From the NCBI GenBank assembly GCA_963169765.1, contig CAUJEN010000109.1:27497-91496 (forward strand): a stretch of 64,000 nucleotides of DNA, read 5' to 3'. Positions 26,406 to 35,744 of this stretch are shown piece after piece. The stretch is from Vulcanimicrobiota bacterium (GTDB taxonomy: Bacteria > Vulcanimicrobiota > Xenobia > Xenobiales > QWHO01). A program made the position numbers and the translations under genes. Each line of letters opens with the position of its first letter. Positions within the stretch are counted from its first letter, which is position 1. The notes beneath the pieces are model-generated. The model ran no database searches. It was not told where the DNA came from and saw nothing but the letters and a program-made list of their open reading frames with translations.

Positions 26406-27512
26406 TCAGCTCTGTCGCCAGGCGACCGATTCGATTTTGCGTCCCAGTCCGCGCTGCAAGGTTCGCCACCTGGCCGCTTCGGCTTCGGTCAGCAGGGTGA
26501 TGGCGGTCCCCTCGCGCTCCATGCGCCCCGTGCGGCCCACCCGGTGGGTGAGCAACTCGGAGCTCTCGGGTAACTCGTAGTTGATGACCAGCTCGACGTG
26601 GTCGACGTCGAGCCCTCGGGCGGCCACGTTCGTGGCCACTAAGATGCCGATCTTGCCGGCCCTGAAGTCGGCCATGACGCGGTCTCGGGCGTTCTGGCTC
26701 AGGTTACCCTGCAGGCAGCCCACCGGATAGCCCAGTTTCTCGAGAATCCGGCCCAGCTTTTTGACCCCGTGCTTGGTGCGGCCAAACACGATGGTGGAGC
26801 CGTCGGGGCGCTTGTCGAGCAAAGTCTTCAGGGCATCCATGCGCTGCTCGGGAGCCACCCAGTAGGCCAGCTGGCGGATGTTGGCGGGCACCTCGGGGCG
26901 GTCCACGCTGACCTTCTCGGGCTGGTACATGTGCTTGCGGCTGGCCGAGAGCACCCAGTCGGGCATGGTGGCCGAGAAAAGGGCTGTTTGCCGGTCCCTG
27001 GGAAGCAAGGCCAGGATGCGTTCCACGTCGGGCGCAAAGCCCTTGTCGAGCATCTCGTCGGCCTCGTCGAGCACGACGAACTCGACCTTACCCAGTTGCA
27101 GCGAGCCCCGTCTGGCCAGGTCGAGCACCCGCCCGGGGGCGCCGACCACGACCTGGGCGCCCTGGAGCTGGGCCACCTGGGTGTTGATGGAGCGGCCCCC
27201 GAAGACCTGCACGGCGCGAATGCCGTCAGCACGACCGAGCTCGTCGATGACGCTGGCAACCTGGGCGGCCAGCTCGCGGGTGGGGGCCAGCACCAGCGCC
27301 TGAACCCAGGGCTGGGCGGGGTCGAGAAACTCCATCATGGGCAGGGCGAAGGCCAGGGTCTTGCCCGAGCCCGTGCGGGCCTGCCCGAGCACGTCACGGC
27401 CTTCGAGCAGGAGGGGAATGGTGGTTCTCTGGATGGGAGTGGGGGTGGTGATCTGCATGCGTTGAAGCGCCTTCAGGCTGCCAGGCAGCAGATCATAGGG
27501 GGTAAAAGACAA
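26406..27512 (-). CDS. DEAD-box ATP-dependent RNA helicase (core only, 368 aa)
   Basis: Q-motif TPTPIQ, ARTGSGKT, PTRELA, DEAD (VLDEADEM), SAT, and HRVGRTGR. Confidence 0.92.
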   Translation of the reverse strand: MSFTPYDLLPGSLKALQRMQITTPTPIQRTTIPLLLEGRDVLGQARTGSGKTLAFALPMMEFLDPAQPWVQALVLAPTRELAAQVASVIDELGRADGIRAVQVFGGRSINTQVAQLQGAQVVVGAPGRVLDLARRGSLQLGKVEFVVLDEADEMLDKGFAPDVERILALLPRDRQTALFSATMPDWVLSASRKHMYQPEKVSVDRPEVPANIRQLAYWVAPEQRMDALKTLLDKRPDGSTIVFGRTKHGVKKLGRILEKLGYPVGCLQGNLSQNARDRVMADFRAGKIGILVATNVAARGLDVDHVELVINYELPESSELLTHRVGRTGRMEREGTAITLLTEAEAARWRTLQRGLGRKIESVAWRQS

Positions 27513-27628
27513 AAGTCAACAGGGTCCTTTCCGAAAGACGAAGCGATCGATTGGAGGCAGCATACAGGAAAAGAACCATTCTGTCCACTCGGGCAGGTTC
27601 CGGCCGCGCCGCGACGGAAACCATCGAG

Positions 27629-28681
27629 ATGAAATGGCTGATCGGAGCCCTGCTCCTCCTCCAGGTGGGATGTAGCACCCCGCCCCCCGCGCCGGTGGCC
27701 TCCAGCAGCCCCGGCCCATCGGCTTCCCCCCGCGCCCCCGAAACCGAGCAGGACTTCGTCAACCAGATCGACCAGCTCGGTCGCCAGGGCCAGTTCCAGA
27801 AGGGAGTGGAGGCGGCCAATCAGGGCCTGGAGCGCCATCCTGGAAGCTGGCAGCTGACCGCCCAGAGGGGCGCTTGCCAGCAGATGCTGGACCATCCCGC
27901 CCAGGCAGCCGAAGATTTTGCAGCCGCCCTCGAGCAGGCCCCGGCCGCCCGCAAGTGGGGACTGCACCTGGGTCGGGCTCAGTGCTACGCGACGCTCGAC
28001 CAGCGCCCGCGAGCCGAGAAAGAGTTCGCTTGCGCCCTGAAAACCTTCGACCCGGCCGCCGAGGCCTGGCGCCGCCAGCAGATCCACCAGCAGCGGGGCC
28101 GCAACCTGCTCGAGGACGGGCGTTTCAAGCAGGCCATATCGAGCTTCGACGCCGCTCTGAAACTCGACCCCAGGGATTACGAGGCCCTGGGAATGCGGGC
28201 CCTGTGCTACCAGCAGCTCAAAGACAAAAAGCGTTACCAGGTCGATCTGAAGGCTTTGAAAGAGCTCAGCCCGGCGACCGCCCAGGCAGTGGAAGCCCAG
28301 GTCAAGTCCGGCGGCAGTCTCAGCGCCACCGCCCGCTACCTCAAGCTGGGCGACCAGCTGGCCGCCGACGACAAGGTGGACCTGGCTCTGGAGCAGTATG
28401 AGAAGGCCATCGCCCTCGAGCCCCGCGATCCGGGCGCTTATGTTCGCAAGGGGGTCTTGCTGCAGTCGGAGGGCCGCTTTCAGGAAGCCATCCTGGCTTA
28501 CACGCGCTCCATCGAGCTCTCGCCCAGCGGCCCCGCCCTGGCGGGTCGGGCCGACTGCTACCTGGCCACCGACCAGGTTGCCAGGGCGCGGGCCGACTAT
28601 GAGAAGATGCTGACCCTGCCAGACCCCCAGGCGCAGAGGACGGGCCGGCAAGCCCTGAAGGACCTGCCCGGAGGAGATTGA
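27629..28681 (+). CDS. TPR repeat lipoprotein
   Basis: MKWLIGALLLLQVGCS is a lipobox-like signal with Cys, followed by a Pro/Ser linker and then TPR units. Confidence 0.8.
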   Translation: MKWLIGALLLLQVGCSTPPPAPVASSSPGPSASPRAPETEQDFVNQIDQLGRQGQFQKGVEAANQGLERHPGSWQLTAQRGACQQMLDHPAQAAEDFAAALEQAPAARKWGLHLGRAQCYATLDQRPRAEKEFACALKTFDPAAEAWRRQQIHQQRGRNLLEDGRFKQAISSFDAALKLDPRDYEALGMRALCYQQLKDKKRYQVDLKALKELSPATAQAVEAQVKSGGSLSATARYLKLGDQLAADDKVDLALEQYEKAIALEPRDPGAYVRKGVLLQSEGRFQEAILAYTRSIELSPSGPALAGRADCYLATDQVARARADYEKMLTLPDPQAQRTGRQALKDLPGGD

Positions 28682-28841
28682 CCGGCCTCAGCTCGACTTT
28701 CGCAGGCGGGGATTTTCTGCCAGAGCTTGATGTGTTTCTTCTGCGAGCCGTAGAACTCCCTCCCTGGGGATCGCCCTGGTCAGCGTGCTGCTGATGAGCT
28801 CGGTGATGCTGGCTCCTGCACGTCAACGCGCTCCGCAGCGC

Positions 28842-30407
28842 TTACAGAGTCTCAAGCCTGGGCCACTCCAGCTCCACCCCTTCGGCTCGCAGCAGGGCCT
28901 GGAAGTCGGCCGGATCATCGCCCACCTGATGCGAGGCGCGGTCGTGCTCGAGGCAGAAGGCGGCCAGCAGCCCGGCCGCCTCCCCCACGTTCCACTCCAC
29001 CGGGTGCAGGCGGTAGCAGCCGTTGGTGATGTGGGTGCAGGCCAGGTTCTTGCCCCCGGCCATCAGGTTCTCCACCCGCCGGGGCAAGAGCGCCCCCAGC
29101 GGGATCTGGAAGGGCCAGGCGCTGACGTCGATGTAATTGTCGCCCCCGGTGGAGGGGTGGAGATCGATGCGGTAGGCTCCCACCCCCACCGAATCGGGAA
29201 AGACTGTGGCCGAGCCCTCCCCGCCGACGTGCTGCTCCTTGACCGTGAAGCGGCCCCGGATGCGGCGCGACTCGCGGATGTAGGGGCGCTTGGCCAGGCC
29301 GTGGGAGGTGCCGCAAAGATCCCCCCGCAGCCGTAGCCCTTTCCAGCCGGTGCCCCCGTCTCGCCGGGGAGCCTCGGTCTGCATCCAGTAAAGCATGGAG
29401 GTGCTCAGTTGGCGGGCACCCTCGAGGTGGCGCTCGCGCTCGGCCGCGTCGACGTCCACGATGTTGCCTGGCAGATAATCGATCTGGGGCCAGTTGACCA
29501 GGCAGATGTCGCTCTCGTAGGCGCCCGGCTGGAAGTTGGCCCGGTCGGCGATGCGCCGGAAGGTCCACAGGTCCATGGGGCCCCGGTGGGGCTCGGGCTC
29601 GAGGGGATCGAAGCTGCGCACCACCGGCTCGAGGGTGATGGGGTGGGTGGCCTGCCACGAGAGCAGCGGCCCACCCCAGGAGGGGGTGAGGGGGGGCAGG
29701 TAGTCGCGCCAGAAGGCATAGTCGCGGGGGCGTTCGATGGTGTTGTCGCGGTCGGGCTGGTAATCGAGGATGAAGCACCAGCTGATGGCCTGCTGGTTGG
29801 CGGGCTGGGCCGCGGGTTTGGCGTGGGGCTCGCCTGTCTCGGCCACCGACTCGGCCCCGGTCACATACTCCACGCCGCCCAGGGGCAGCAGATCACCGGT
29901 CTCGGTAGCGTCGATGAAGTAGGGCGCGTGACAGACCACCGGCCCCTCGGGTCCTTGCAGGTGGACGGCGCTGACCCGATCCCCCTCGTTCTCGACCCGC
30001 ACCGGCTCGTGCTCCGTCAGCACCGTCAGCTGTCCCCCGGCCCGGTAGGGAGAGAGAAAGCCCTCCAGCACCGCCAGGCTGACCCGGGGCTCGTGGCAGA
30101 TGGCGGAGACGAACCCGTTGCCGGGATTGAGCAGCCGGTTGGCCCGGGCCGCCTCGGTGAGGGGATAGTAGTGCCGATAGTGCTCTCGGATGCCCTCGCG
30201 CAGCCGGCGGTAGCTGCGAGTGCAGCCGAACTGCTCGATCCAGGGGTGCTCGTCGGGTGGCACGGCCTGCGAGGTCAGCTGGCCACCCAGCCAGTCGCAG
30301 GACTCGCTCAGGATCACCCGGCGCCCCCGGCGCAGGGCCGCCCAGGCGGCCGCGCAGCCCCCCACCCCTGCGCCCACGATGACCAGGTCCGCTTGCAGCT
30401 CTCGCAT
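28842..30407 (-). CDS. FAD-dependent oxidoreductase (FAD_oxidored-like)
   Basis: The N-terminal DLVIVGAGVGGCAAAWAALRRGRRVILSE..WLGGQ is a dinucleotide-binding motif. 521 aa, GC3-rich. Confidence 0.88.
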   Translation of the reverse strand: MRELQADLVIVGAGVGGCAAAWAALRRGRRVILSESCDWLGGQLTSQAVPPDEHPWIEQFGCTRSYRRLREGIREHYRHYYPLTEAARANRLLNPGNGFVSAICHEPRVSLAVLEGFLSPYRAGGQLTVLTEHEPVRVENEGDRVSAVHLQGPEGPVVCHAPYFIDATETGDLLPLGGVEYVTGAESVAETGEPHAKPAAQPANQQAISWCFILDYQPDRDNTIERPRDYAFWRDYLPPLTPSWGGPLLSWQATHPITLEPVVRSFDPLEPEPHRGPMDLWTFRRIADRANFQPGAYESDICLVNWPQIDYLPGNIVDVDAAERERHLEGARQLSTSMLYWMQTEAPRRDGGTGWKGLRLRGDLCGTSHGLAKRPYIRESRRIRGRFTVKEQHVGGEGSATVFPDSVGVGAYRIDLHPSTGGDNYIDVSAWPFQIPLGALLPRRVENLMAGGKNLACTHITNGCYRLHPVEWNVGEAAGLLAAFCLEHDRASHQVGDDPADFQALLRAEGVELEWPRLETL

Positions 30408-30970
30408 GGCGAGCCGCCGTTCGCGGGGGAAGCAGGGGCGTCCTTCCCGGGCTCCTGGGTGCCACCGGACCTGCCGGACCCAAATGAGCCCCCGGGAACT
30501 TGCTTCGTCCTGTACTCAACCACGGTACTGGTTGGGAATGAGAAAGCGGCCTGCGCCAGCCTGGTCAGGGTGGCCTCGTCCTGGAACGTTTGATCGGGCA
30601 GGTTGGCGATGGTGTAGTAGTTGCTCTGGTTGCTGGCCTTGAATGTCAGCCTGGTCTTGACGCTGTTGGTCCCGTCACCCCCGGCCCCGGAATTATTGAC
30701 CGGGTCCCCTTGCGAGTAGGTGGCCGAGCCCTGAGGATAAAAGAGCGCGCTGGAGCGCTGCACGCTGAAATCGCCGGTACGATACTTTCCGGTCCAAGCG
30801 ACATAGGCGGAGATCAGCATCGTAGTCGCCCATCCGGGCGACCTTGATGCGACTGGCCGTGAATCCCGGGACTCAAACTGACCACCGTCCGCGGCAACCC
30901 GCTGGTCTATTTCACGGCCTCGGATCTGCCCGGGGTCGACATCTGCCGTAGTCCGGGAGGTTGCCGCCAT
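30314..30970 (-). pseudogene. distal segment of a disrupted lipoprotein gene (frame 2)
   Basis: The credible coding part is ISAYVAWTGKYRTGDFSVQRSSALFYPQGSATYSQGDPV...TRLTFKASNQSNYYTIANLPDQTF. The frame differs from the upstream segment, there is no start signal, and the tail overlaps the FAD gene by 94 nt. Confidence 0.35.
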
Positions 30971-31835
30971 CTGGAGACGGAATCTGCGGTCCGCCTCCGA
31001 AGGAGGGGACTTCGGCGATCAGCTTGAGGCCCCTGTTCTGCGGGAAGTTGGGCACGACCGGCGGGTTTGGCCGCCCGAAGGCCGCCGGCTCGATCACGCT
31101 GTAGCCCAGAATCCACGGGTGGGGATAAACCGGGCGCTGGTCGAGCACCTGCGGATTGGTGCTGGGGTTGTATTGACCCGGCCCGGTGCCTCCTCCGGCA
31201 TAGACTTTCGAGTGGTTATCCGCATACAAGATGGGGCTCAGCCAGGAGTTCGTCTTGTAGGGATGCGGCAGGTCATCCGTGGCACTGGTGGCGTTGGCGC
31301 CCGCCATGGTGTTGTTGGCGCCGGGATCTCCGATGGTGCTGGGGGTCGTCTGCACGAAGCCGGACCCGACCTGAACCGGCTTCCCGTCCCCGATCTTGGG
31401 CGCGATCAGGCCTACCAGAGGCGCCGTGCGGGTGGGAAGAAGGACCACGTCGCTGACGTAGGTGGTCTGACCGGGCAGCACGGTCACCTGCTCGGTCGCC
31501 AGCACGGACGGATCATCCGGATCCTGCACGATGATGCTGGTGGTCTCGATGGGCACGTTCTCCAGAGTCTGGAACGAGCGATAGTCCAGCGTCACGGGGC
31601 GGAAGGTCACCTCGCCCTGGTCATCGATGCCAAAGAAAGTCAGGGCCTGTCGAACCTGAGCCTGGGCATCGTCTGTTCCCGGATCGGCCAGAAAGACCCG
31701 GACCGTTCCTCTCGTCTGGTCAGCCCCCAGCCCGTTCGGTAATGTGGGCGTCAGGGAGTTGTTGGATGAGCACCCCGAAAGGGTGGCCGTCCAGAGCGCA
31801 AAGATGATACCAAAGCCAAACAGTCTCGTTTTCAC
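30912..31835 (-). pseudogene. proximal segment of a lipoprotein gene (frame 1), apparently interrupted near 30930-30960
   Basis: GTG 31835 follows GGAGGA. VKTRLFGFGIIFALWTATLSGCSS is a lipoprotein signal. Later motifs (HPYKTNSWLSPILYADN, VYPHPWILGYS) faintly recall glycoside-hydrolase N-domains, but no family could be assigned. Confidence 0.5.
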
Positions 31836-32121
31836 AGGTCCTCCGGGCGCGAGCTTGGAAAATGCTAAACGACGAGCTTCGCCGCTCAACGTCCTGTGAA
31901 AAGTTTGGTCTTGATCAAATAGCGGGGCCCGGGGCTGATGCTGACCGGGCTTTCGGGGCCTCCTCAAAGTCCGGCCGCAAAACCCCATGGGGTCTCTCGG
32001 GGGGCCCTGCCCCCGCCTCCGCCACCACAAGTTATTGGAGACGGCCGGACTTCCAGCACGCACAATATGTTGGGCGTCGCGTGGCCGGAAAACTGTGTCA
32101 AGGGGGTTTCCGGCTGCGCTC

Positions 32122-33216
32122 CTAGGGCGCCGTGCTGGGGACGGCCCGGAAGATGACCGTCTGATCCGAGAGCACGTCGAGCTTGACGGTGAATTCCTCG
32201 CCCGAGCCCGCCGGGATGGTCCAGACCCGGGCAGCATTCCCTGCTGCTGCATTGAAACCGGTGGTGGGAACCTTTTCGAAACGATCGTACTGGTAGAGAT
32301 TGTAACTTGCCTCCGGGTCGGGCAGGCTGACCGTGGCCGTGAGCGTGATGGGCACAGGCTCTGGAGGGACATTGCTGTGGTGATCGATCTGGGGCTCGGT
32401 ATCGCTGCTCGAGCGCAGTCGCACGGGCACGGTCACGCGATCCGGATCGACCACTCCCGTGACGGCCACCCCGTAATTGGGGGGAGTATTCTTGAGCATA
32501 TAGATCGGTCCGTTGGGATTGTTGGCTTCCACGCGCGTTCCCGGGAAGCTCTTGAAGGTGTAAGGGAAGAGGAACTGATACATCGTGGGCGGGGACCCGA
32601 TCGAGGGGCCAAAAAGGCCGTTGTCGCAGAAGGTGAGCTCGTCTTCGGGCAGGTACTCGCCCGGGCGGCTGTCCAGAGGCTCGTTTGACTTGATGCCCAG
32701 CACCGGACCGATGTGGTCGTATTCCGAATCCCCGTCCTGGACGCTGGTCCACTCGCCCAGGATGATGCCATTGTTGAAGACGCCGATGATCACGATGTGG
32801 CCGGCCAGGGCCTGGCGCTTGACCCAGGCCAGGAGCTCGTCGGTGGAGCGCTGGGCCCTGGAGTCGAATTCGATGGTCTGCAAGCGCATCATTTCGGCCG
32901 CTCTACGGTCATTCACGCCGAGCAGGAGTTGGCTGGAGGGGTCTGACTGGGGCACACCGGGCGAGGCCATCTCCCGGGCCGTGAACTGGGAGCAATATTG
33001 CCCGAAATAGAGCCCGGCGCAGATGAAGCTGGTCTCCCCACAGTAGCCCGAGTTCTCGTTCCACTGCAGGCGCGGAGGAACGTCGAGGGTGAAGGTGTAG
33101 GTTCTGCGGACGGGTCGGTCGGAGGGCCCCAGGCTGGTGACGGTTTCCCCGCTGCAGCGGGCGAAGGCCAGAACCAGGCAGAGCCAGAGGAGGGAGCGCA
33201 CCAGGAGTTTCGGCAT
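32122..33216 (-). CDS. secreted hypothetical protein (364 aa), possibly a papain-like fold
   Basis: Internal ATG 33216 gives MPKLLVRSLLWLCLVLAFARCSG, a signal peptide. NENSGYCGETSFICAGLYFGQY resembles nucleophile-Cys regions of C39/phytochelatin-synthase-like peptidases; this assignment is weak. The rest of the 861-aa track ORF is shadow frame. Confidence 0.68.
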   Translation of the reverse strand: MPKLLVRSLLWLCLVLAFARCSGETVTSLGPSDRPVRRTYTFTLDVPPRLQWNENSGYCGETSFICAGLYFGQYCSQFTAREMASPGVPQSDPSSQLLLGVNDRRAAEMMRLQTIEFDSRAQRSTDELLAWVKRQALAGHIVIIGVFNNGIILGEWTSVQDGDSEYDHIGPVLGIKSNEPLDSRPGEYLPEDELTFCDNGLFGPSIGSPPTMYQFLFPYTFKSFPGTRVEANNPNGPIYMLKNTPPNYGVAVTGVVDPDRVTVPVRLRSSSDTEPQIDHHSNVPPEPVPITLTATVSLPDPEASYNLYQYDRFEKVPTTGFNAAAGNAARVWTIPAGSGEEFTVKLDVLSDQTVIFRAVPSTAP

Positions 33217-33327
33217 CAGGCTGGCAGGTTCGCAGGGCGGGATGATCGCTCCTTTTGCTGCCCCGGGCGAACCGTCTCCAAAATGTTCACACCCTGACCC
33301 CGGGAGCGCTGCTATGCTGGCGTCGCT

Positions 33328-34974
33328 ATGATGACCGCCCCGCTTGCTGCCGCCCCCCTCCGCCTGCGCGAGGAGCCCGTCCCGCCAGCCCCTCCTCCCG
33401 AGCCGCCGCCACCCCCGCCTGAGCCCGATCCTTTCGTGGTGGTGGACATGCTGGCCCAGGACCCGATGGTCTCGGTGCTCGAGCCGGTCGCGCTCCCCAG
33501 GGTCGAGATCGGGACTCAGCTCGCGGGCCCCCGCATGGCGGTGCAAGACCAGGTGCCGGTGGCCATGGCCGACGAGCAGGGCAACTATCACTACCAGCTC
33601 GGCTCGGATCAGTTCGACCAGGTCAACACCACCGCCGTGGTGGCCCGCACGCTGCTGAGCTACGAGCGCTATATGGGCCACCAGACTCCCTGGTCGTTCG
33701 ACGGTCCGCTCACCATCAACCCTCACGCCGGCACCGGCAAGACCGCCTACTACTCGCGCTGGGACGACTCCATCAACTTCTGCCAGTGGGATTCGCCCTC
33801 GCTGGGCAAGACCGTCAAGACGGCCGAGTCGCCCGACGTGATCGCCCACGAGACCGGCCACGCCATCCTGGACGGCCTGCGCCCCAACATCGGCTGGGGC
33901 ACCGAGCCGGCTTCCTTCCATGAGGGCTTCGGGGACAGCTCGGCCATCCTCCACGCCCTGCAGTATGATTCCAACCTGGACAAGATCCTGGCCGAGAACG
34001 AAGGCGACTTCTCGCGTCCCAGCCTGCTCAGCCGCATGGCCGAGGAGTTCGGCACCGCCTTCAACAAGGAAGACCAGAATCCGAACAACGATAACAACCC
34101 TTACTATCGCACCGCTCTCAACGAGTTCCGCTACGTCGACCCGCGCCAGCTCCCGCGCGACAGCTATCCTCCCACCTATCCCGAGGAGGTGCTCACCAGC
34201 GAGCCCCACTCTTTCTCGCGCGTCTGGTCGGGCACGTTCTACTCGCTGGTGGGCGCGCTTTACGGCCAGTGCCAGCAGGAAGCGGCCACCCCTCGCGAGG
34301 CTCTGGTGGCGGCCCGTGAGGCCCTGGGACCCATATTCGCCCGCTCCTTTGATCACATGCCCACCAGCAACCTGAAGTTCCGCGACGTGGCGCTGGCGAT
34401 GCTGCGCGAGGCGGCCACCTTCGAGCAGGGCAAGTTCTTCGATACCGTGGCCGGAGTGCTGATCGACCGCAACCTGCTGACCCGCGAGGAAGCCGAGCAG
34501 GCGCGCCAGCCGGCCCCGGCGGTCAGTCTGAGCGGACCGGTGCGCACCCCGTTCGAGGCCGAGCAGGCCCTGAGCGCGCTCGGCCAGGAGCTGGGCCTGC
34601 CGGAGGGGATGGCCTGGAAGGCCGACCCGGTGCAGGCCGGGGCGGATGGGCGTCAGGTCTTGCTCTTCCGCGCTCCCGACCGAATCGAGGTCGGCCTGGA
34701 CCACCACGGCGCCGCCGAGATGGAGCTCAGCTCGGGGCTGACGCTGGTCTTCGACCGCGAGGGCAAGCTGGTCTCGCAGACCTTCACCCCGGTGGAGGAG
34801 AGCGACCGTGAGGACGCCCGAGCCTTTGCCCGCGATCTTCAGGCTCAGGGACGCATCGCCGGCTCGGATCAGCTCTTCCAGAGCGTGGACCCGGCCGGTC
34901 GGCCCTTCAAAGCCAGACTCGTTCCGCAGGTCACCGGGCTACCTCGGCTGGAGCAGGTCCCGGTCTGGGACTGA
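33328..34974 (+). CDS. putative zinc metalloprotease (HExxH ... E)
   Basis: VIAHETGHAILDG followed by FHEGFGDSSA has a gluzincin-like arrangement. No Sec signal peptide. The N-terminus is Pro-rich. Confidence 0.72.
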   Translation: MMTAPLAAAPLRLREEPVPPAPPPEPPPPPPEPDPFVVVDMLAQDPMVSVLEPVALPRVEIGTQLAGPRMAVQDQVPVAMADEQGNYHYQLGSDQFDQVNTTAVVARTLLSYERYMGHQTPWSFDGPLTINPHAGTGKTAYYSRWDDSINFCQWDSPSLGKTVKTAESPDVIAHETGHAILDGLRPNIGWGTEPASFHEGFGDSSAILHALQYDSNLDKILAENEGDFSRPSLLSRMAEEFGTAFNKEDQNPNNDNNPYYRTALNEFRYVDPRQLPRDSYPPTYPEEVLTSEPHSFSRVWSGTFYSLVGALYGQCQQEAATPREALVAAREALGPIFARSFDHMPTSNLKFRDVALAMLREAATFEQGKFFDTVAGVLIDRNLLTREEAEQARQPAPAVSLSGPVRTPFEAEQALSALGQELGLPEGMAWKADPVQAGADGRQVLLFRAPDRIEVGLDHHGAAEMELSSGLTLVFDREGKLVSQTFTPVEESDREDARAFARDLQAQGRIAGSDQLFQSVDPAGRPFKARLVPQVTGLPRLEQVPVWD

Positions 34975-35063
34975 AGGTCCGTGGTCTCTCTCGGCCGTTG
35001 AGAACGGAGACTCTCAGCTGAGCAGAGCGGAAAGATGCTCGTGTACGGAGAACCTGTTGGAAG

Positions 35064-35615
35064 ATGACCCTGGCAACGCGCAAATGGAATCGGGCAGAGT
35101 ATCAGAAGATGGGCCAGACGGGCCTTCTCAGTCCGGAGGAGCGGGTCGAGCTGATTCAAGGAGAAATCGTCCGGATGACCCCCGTCGACCCACTCCACGC
35201 CTGTGCCGTGGACCTGATGACTGAGATCATGGTCAAGAGCTTCAGCCAGACCCACCAGGTCCGCGTCCAGGGCCCGGTCGGCATCGGCGACCACTCCGAG
35301 CTTCAGCCGGACCTGTGCCTCATCCCCAAGGCGTTGTTTGGCGAGCTGGTCAAGAAACGCGTGCACCCCGAGCACGTCGACCTGCTTGTTGAGGTCGCCA
35401 ACACCTCGCTGTCTTCCGACCGCGGGCGCAAGCTCAGGCTGTATGCATCCGGCGGGTATCCTCTCTACTGGATCGTGAACCTGAAGCAGGGGCAACTCGA
35501 GGTCTATTCGCAGCCTGAGGGAACTCGCTACGCCGTCTCCGCCTGCCTGACCCTGGACGACCACGTCGAGCTCCTGGGCAAGACCCTGCCCGTCAAAGAC
35601 TTCTTTCCCGCCTGA
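35064..35615 (+). CDS. Uma2 family endonuclease (intact)
   Basis: WNRAEYQKM...RVELIQGEIVRMTP...LQPDLCLIP...VDLLVEVANTSLSSDRGRKLRLYASGGYPLYWIVNL..GQLEVY...LPVKDFF follows the canonical Uma2/DUF820 layout. Confidence 0.85.
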   Translation: MTLATRKWNRAEYQKMGQTGLLSPEERVELIQGEIVRMTPVDPLHACAVDLMTEIMVKSFSQTHQVRVQGPVGIGDHSELQPDLCLIPKALFGELVKKRVHPEHVDLLVEVANTSLSSDRGRKLRLYASGGYPLYWIVNLKQGQLEVYSQPEGTRYAVSACLTLDDHVELLGKTLPVKDFFPA

Positions 35616-35692
35616 GCACGGTAAGCCAGGCCGCGCGGAGGAAGGTCCTGGCGTGAGGCCCCGAAACGTCTGACGGCAATCCTCGCTGTGTT

Positions 35693-35711
35693 GGCGGAGG
35701 GAACCTCCGCC
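35693..35711. terminator. hairpin between convergent genes, without a U-tract
   Basis: GGCGGAGG gaa CCTCCGCC is a perfect 8-bp stem with a 3-nt loop, between the Uma2 stop (35615) and the minus-strand stop (35745). Confidence 0.35.
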
Positions 35712-35744
35712 CGGACTTCAGCTCTCGCCAGCCCGAAAACAGTG

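Noticed and set aside
26340-26408. Read-through of the DEAD-box helicase TGA into an Arg/Gly-rich open frame
   Set aside because: The post-stop frame is open for about 65 codons, but it has many A-ending codons (poor GC3 for this genome). The neighbouring frame, shifted by one nucleotide, has the better coding signature.
33217-34707. N-terminal 497 codons of the 861-aa minus-strand ORF 32122..34707
   Set aside because: This part is antisense to the metalloprotease gene and has shadow-frame composition (Gly/Arg/Ala/His-rich). A signal peptide starts at the internal ATG 33216.
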